Below the pieces are notes generated by a model, which was given only the letters and a program-made list of their open reading frames with translations, was not told the origin of the DNA and searched no databases. A stretch of DNA of 64,000 nucleotides from positions 181,784,001 through 181,848,000 of the forward strand of contig OZ024741.1 of the NCBI GenBank assembly GCA_964016885.1, given 5' to 3'. Below are positions 59,260 to 64,000 of this stretch, one piece after another. Position numbers and translations under genes: made by a program. The first letter of the stretch is position 1. The number at the start of each line of letters is the position of its first letter. This stretch comes from Eledone cirrhosa (Eukaryota).

Positions 59260-60585
59260 TACAATAACAGAGATAGTTTAAAGTTAAACTCTGACTGGTA
59301 ACCATCTCACTCAACAAACATTAGGTTATATTAAAATATAAACCCAATTTAAGTGTTTGGGGTGCTAACAATATGTATAATGTGGAAAAACCAGTTGTAT
59401 TATTTTATGAGATATAATTAAAGTTAAAGTATATCTCTCTTTCCAAACAATTGTTCCATTATAAGTTTTCTACAAGTTTGGGAGAATGTTTCCAGTTTAT
59501 GTAGAAGCCTAATATATATTCATGTAAGAATATATTTAGGTGGGCACTTATAAATCATCAGTGGAAGCCCATTAAACATTGATATAAGAAAACAATTTCT
59601 TACCGCTGTCAAAAATCATGTCCGTAAAGTAGCTCTCCCTCGCCTCGAATGACCGCCAAATTTGAAATTCCAGCAGTTTTTGACTGAGGAAGTATCATAG
59701 CGACACGAAGCGGGAAGGGGAGACAACTCACGAAATGAGGAAAAAAATAATATACACGCGGGTTAATTAGTTTTTTTGAAAACATTATCAATCCAACGTG
59801 TTTAAGAACTCAATTGAAAATAAAAAAATAAATACATGCTTGTATAAATTACACACGCATAAAGATATTTTCTTAGGCTAAATCAGAAGTTGTACCCGAA
59901 TAAGAACCGCTTCTCATAACCGCAGTAAATGCAGAAAGTTATGCTATAAAGGGAAAATGGGAATATAATTCTCCGGCCGAATTATTAAGAGTAAAATATA
60001 AAACACGCGGGTTAATTAGTTATTTCAAAACCAATATTAATTCCTCGTGTAAAGAACTCAATTAATAAAAGAAAATAAATACATATATGGATGTAATTAT
60101 ATACGTAGGCATATATATATATATATTTTCCTAGGCTAAAAAACAGAGAAGTTACAACCAAAAAAAGCCACAATATTTCACAACAGTAATAAATGCGGAA
60201 AGTCAAATTCATAAGGTACCTGGAAATAAACACCTCTGGCCAATCAAGAGTAAATATTTAATACAATAACAGAGATAGTTTAAAGTTAAACTCTGACTGG
60301 TAACCATCTCACTCAACAAACATTAGGTTATATTAAAATATAAACCCAATTTAAGTGTTTGGGGTGCTAACAATATGTATAATGTGGAAAAACCAGTTGT
60401 ATTATTTTATGAGATATAATTAAAGTTAAAGTATACCTCTCTTTCCAAACAATTGTTTCATTATAAGTTTTCTACAAGTTTGGGAGAATGTTTCCAGTTT
60501 ATGTAGAAGCCTAATATATATTCATGTAAGAATATATTTAGGTGGGCACTTATAAATCATCAGTGGAAGCCCATTAAACATTGAT
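59255..60585 (-). mobile_element. Partial tandem of the non-coding hammerhead-bearing repeat
   Basis: Reverse complement of 26435-27030. Ribozymes at 59441-59566 (GAAA mutated to GGAA) and 60443-60568 (intact CTGATGA/GAAA). Confidence 0.85.
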
Positions 60586-60682
60586 ATGAATGTATATATA
60601 TATGCATGTGTTTAGAAATGCCGGCATATATACTTATACATAAATACATAGACCAGTTCTATCCAGTGGTGAACCTCAAACC

Positions 60683-60726
<44 letters not shown>

Positions 60727-60828
60727 TATCTATATACATATATATATACATACATACATACATAAACACGCGCGCGCGTTTACACACATATACTGTATAA
60801 ATATGTATATATTCTAGATGTAGTACAG

Positions 60829-60993
60829 CAGGAATGTCAAACTGAGAGTTCCCCGAGGGCTACATGGGTCACATATGTGTTGTCTGAGGGTCACACATTA
60901 GAACTAATTGCCTATATTACAACTAATATTTTTTATTTTATAATACGCTCGCGCTGTAAAAACCTTTGTGCGGGCTGCATGTTGGCATACCTG
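60829..60993. mobile_element. hAT (Charlie-like) MITE with 8-bp TSD
   Basis: TAGTACAG|CAGGAATGTCAAAC...GTTGGCATACCTG|TAGTACAG. Confidence 0.9.
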
Positions 60994-61792
60994 TAGTACA
61001 GGAGGTTCACAAAGTATACATCTAATACCCTATATCTTACTCCACGAATGAAGGTTAACATTTTTTACACATATATATTTTTTACACAAATATCTTTTCA
61101 CTAATTTTTCTTGCATAATTCAGTACATTCTACAAAGTTTTAATCAAACTATGACGTTATATGGTTTTCTACGCTTTAAATCACTCTAGCAATTTTCTTA
61201 ATCTACTTGTTGATACAAAATAATATGTAAATAGTTCATATATAATATTTCATTATATTCTTTTTCTCACTATTTTTAAGCCGCTCACTTTTCCTCCTTT
61301 ATCACATCAAATTTTCAGTATAAACCTTCGTAGATTTTGTAAACAAACTATGACGTCATATGTTTTTTTCTATGATTTTTTTCTACGCTTAAATCATTCT
61401 AACATTTTCCTTTATTTACTTGTTGATTAAAATAATATTTAAATATTTAAATAGTTTTCCCACATATATAATTTTATTATATATAATTTATAATTTTTAA
61501 TAGTAAATTTTTAATTTTGACATGGTTTGACTATTCTTATTTATTTTTTTCTACACATATATATTTTTTTTTACACAAATATTTTTCACACATTTTTCTC
61601 ACATTTCTCAATACACTCTGTTTAAATAAACTATGACGTGATATGGTCTTCTACGCTTATAAATCATTTAATTTAATTTTATTCTATTAATACCTTTTCA
61701 CACCTCTTAATCAATTTTGTTAGTATATAAACCCAAAATAAATAATATACCTAGTTTCTATATTTGTAATCTAAGCACCTAAACCTCTACCT

Positions 61793-61863
61793 TATTTTAT
61801 CTGATGAGAACGCAATTATCGTCCCAGGATGATATTTGCTTTTGAAATGCGCATAATAAAATA
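61793..61863 (+). ncRNA. Canonical type-I hammerhead in an AT-rich, internally repetitive solo pLTR-like segment (~61060-61985)
   Basis: TATTTTAT-CTGATGA-GAACGCAATTATCGTC-CCAG-GATGATATTTGCTTTT-GAAA-TGCGCA-TA-ATAAAATA, with a perfect 8-bp stem I. Confidence 0.85.
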
Positions 61864-61988
61864 TATGGAACTTTTTTAACCATCTTTTAATTTCTTCTAT
61901 ATATACTCCAGTTCTATCAACTGTTGAGTGCTACTTATCTGATATATGCATTGTTTTATTGTTCTACAACAAAACACACCTCTTACAT

Positions 61989-62047
<59 letters not shown>

Positions 62048-62603
62048 CATATATATATATATAAATATGCATGCATATGTGTGTATATATATAAATATGT
62101 GGGGGGTTGGGGGCGTGTGTGTGTGCTTGTATGTATGTATATATGTGTGTGCGTGCGTGTGTATATATATAGTTTGGATTTGTCTTTGCGCATTTAAACT
62201 CGCATATCTGATGAGATGTCGAGGAAGAGTCGGGTCCCTGTGCTGATCGATATTGAAAAAACTGTAAATATGCAAATAAAGTTTATATATATGCTCCGAC
62301 AGTGACTTCGATCCCACTTTCATTTCTCTCTGCACACTACAGACGCCTTAACTTTGAAATACAACCCAATATGAGACGGGTTTCCTAACAGTATCGAGTG
62401 CTCCGAAAGGCGCACCACCTGTAACTATAATTACACACTTAACTATTCCCGCCCACACACACATACAGGCCCATTCATACTGGTCTTCTTTCTCCACGCC
62501 ATCGATGTTGTCCAAGGGAAAAGCAAAGGCTGATGCAGCCCCGTACCAATGACGTCATAACTCACGAGGTGAGCCAGGCGGAGCCGAAGGAAGGTGGTGA
62601 TGT

Positions 62604-62652
<49 letters not shown>

Positions 62653-62693
62653 AAAGCAATAGGATTCCGCTTCAAGCATAGCTTTATACAATA

Positions 62694-63884
62694 CTAGCAG
62701 TAAAGCCCGGCGTTGCTCGGGGTCGCTCAGTAGCTGTGTTAAAGTTACAATGTTAAGTTTCCTTTTTGGCTTAAAAACTGTAGTGTCTACTGTGCAGACT
62801 TGCATGTGGTGTTTTTGATTAATATTCCCTCAACCAACAATATGCCTGATGAAGTTAAGAAAACATAACGATAACCCGAATGTTATAACAAAAGAGGATG
62901 CTGGGGATAAAAACTGCACTGGTTATTTATTAACAAAGATCGAAAATGTAAACACTGCAACGCAGAGAAAAACATTAGCGTAACCAAATTATCAGTTATG
63001 TCTGTCTGCACGCCTATATCACCTCTCTGCACGACTATCTGTCTGCACGCCTATATCACCTCTCTGCACGACTGTCTGTCTGCACGCCTATATCAACTCT
63101 CTGCACGACTGTCTGTCTGCACGCCTATATCACCTCTCTGCACAACTGTCTGTCTGCACGCCTATATCACCTATCTGCACGACTGTCTGTCTGCACGACT
63201 GTCTGTCTGCACGACTGTCTGTCTGCACGCCTAACGACGAAATATTTGCTTGTTTTACGTAGTCTTTAAATAGACTTGTTTTCAAGTAAAAATATTGTTT
63301 TAAAAGGCTTTTAAATGGAAATGAAGCAAAACGGTAGCTTAGTGTTCGAACTGATGAATTTTGCAGGTCAAAATTTTGCTGGCTCGACAACTGTTCGTGT
63401 AAAGCCAGCGTAATTTTTTTAATTTTTGCCAGCGTAATTTTTTTAATTTTTGCACGCAGAAAATGTAAACAGAACGTAAGACGCTACGCTGAATGTAAAC
63501 AGAACAAAGGGAAATAATTTTTTTAATTTTTGCACGCAGAAAATCTAAAGAGAACGTAAGACGCTACGCTGAATGTAAACAGAACAAAGGGAAATCATTT
63601 TTTAAATTTTTGCACGCAGAAAATGTAAAGAGAACGTAAGACGCTACGCTGAATGTAAACAGAACAAAGGGAAATAACTGATCACTTACGCTCAAAAATC
63701 GATACATTATATTCGATTTCGTCAGATAGGGCGGGTCAATTTGAAATATTTTTTTTCCGATGTCTTCGCTAGGGCTCAATGTACAAGTATAGCAATTTCG
63801 GTGCAATTCCGTGAGAGATTCTAAGAGGAGATGTGTGCCAAAAATCGATAGACAGACAGACAACCTCAGTTTTATATATATAGA
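62694..63884 (-). mobile_element. Complete non-autonomous Helitron with internal minisatellites
   Basis: Minus strand A|TCTATATATATAAAACTGAGGTTGTCTG...CCCGAGCAACGCCGGGCTTTACTGCTAG|T, with AT target and no TSD. Tandem arrays at ~62998-63233 (~38 bp) and ~63403-63680. Confidence 0.92.
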
Positions 63885-64000
63885 TGTATAAATATTTCGT
63901 ATCTCCAAAGAAATACGGCTTTAGGAAGTCGTAGCTATGCAAACACCGGGGTGCTAACGCCCTATTGTGATGTCCAGCAGAAGCAAGGGGGATAACCGTC

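Overview
AT-rich eukaryotic (metazoan) non-genic DNA, packed with (TA)n/(CA)n/(TACA)n microsatellites. The SINE and repeat landscape suggests a cephalopod such as Octopus (inference). No host protein-coding gene, rRNA, tRNA or CRISPR array is supported. Almost all recognisable sequence is transposon-derived. It includes a decayed Rep-helicase Helitron, non-autonomous Helitrons (one head-to-tail junction), an R4/Dong-like RLE non-LTR element in (TACA)n, RTE fragments, tRNA-head SINEs and several MITEs. It also holds five Penelope-like element (PLE) coding remnants with RT and/or a C-terminal GIY-YIG domain and a CxC-x5-C linker, resembling the Hydra clade. The most striking unannotated signal is a (TA)n-associated PLE/hammerhead-ribozyme ecosystem. 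About 15 hand-identified minimal type-I hammerheads occur, many with ~85-100-nt stem II inserts and some with core variants (U3-A8, U4C). Two endonuclease-only cassettes are flanked by 0.7-1.5 kb inverted repeats. There is also a non-coding ribozyme-bearing repeat family and a set of miniature fold-back elements centred on or containing the ribozyme. All structures were read by eye and need computational and biochemical confirmation.
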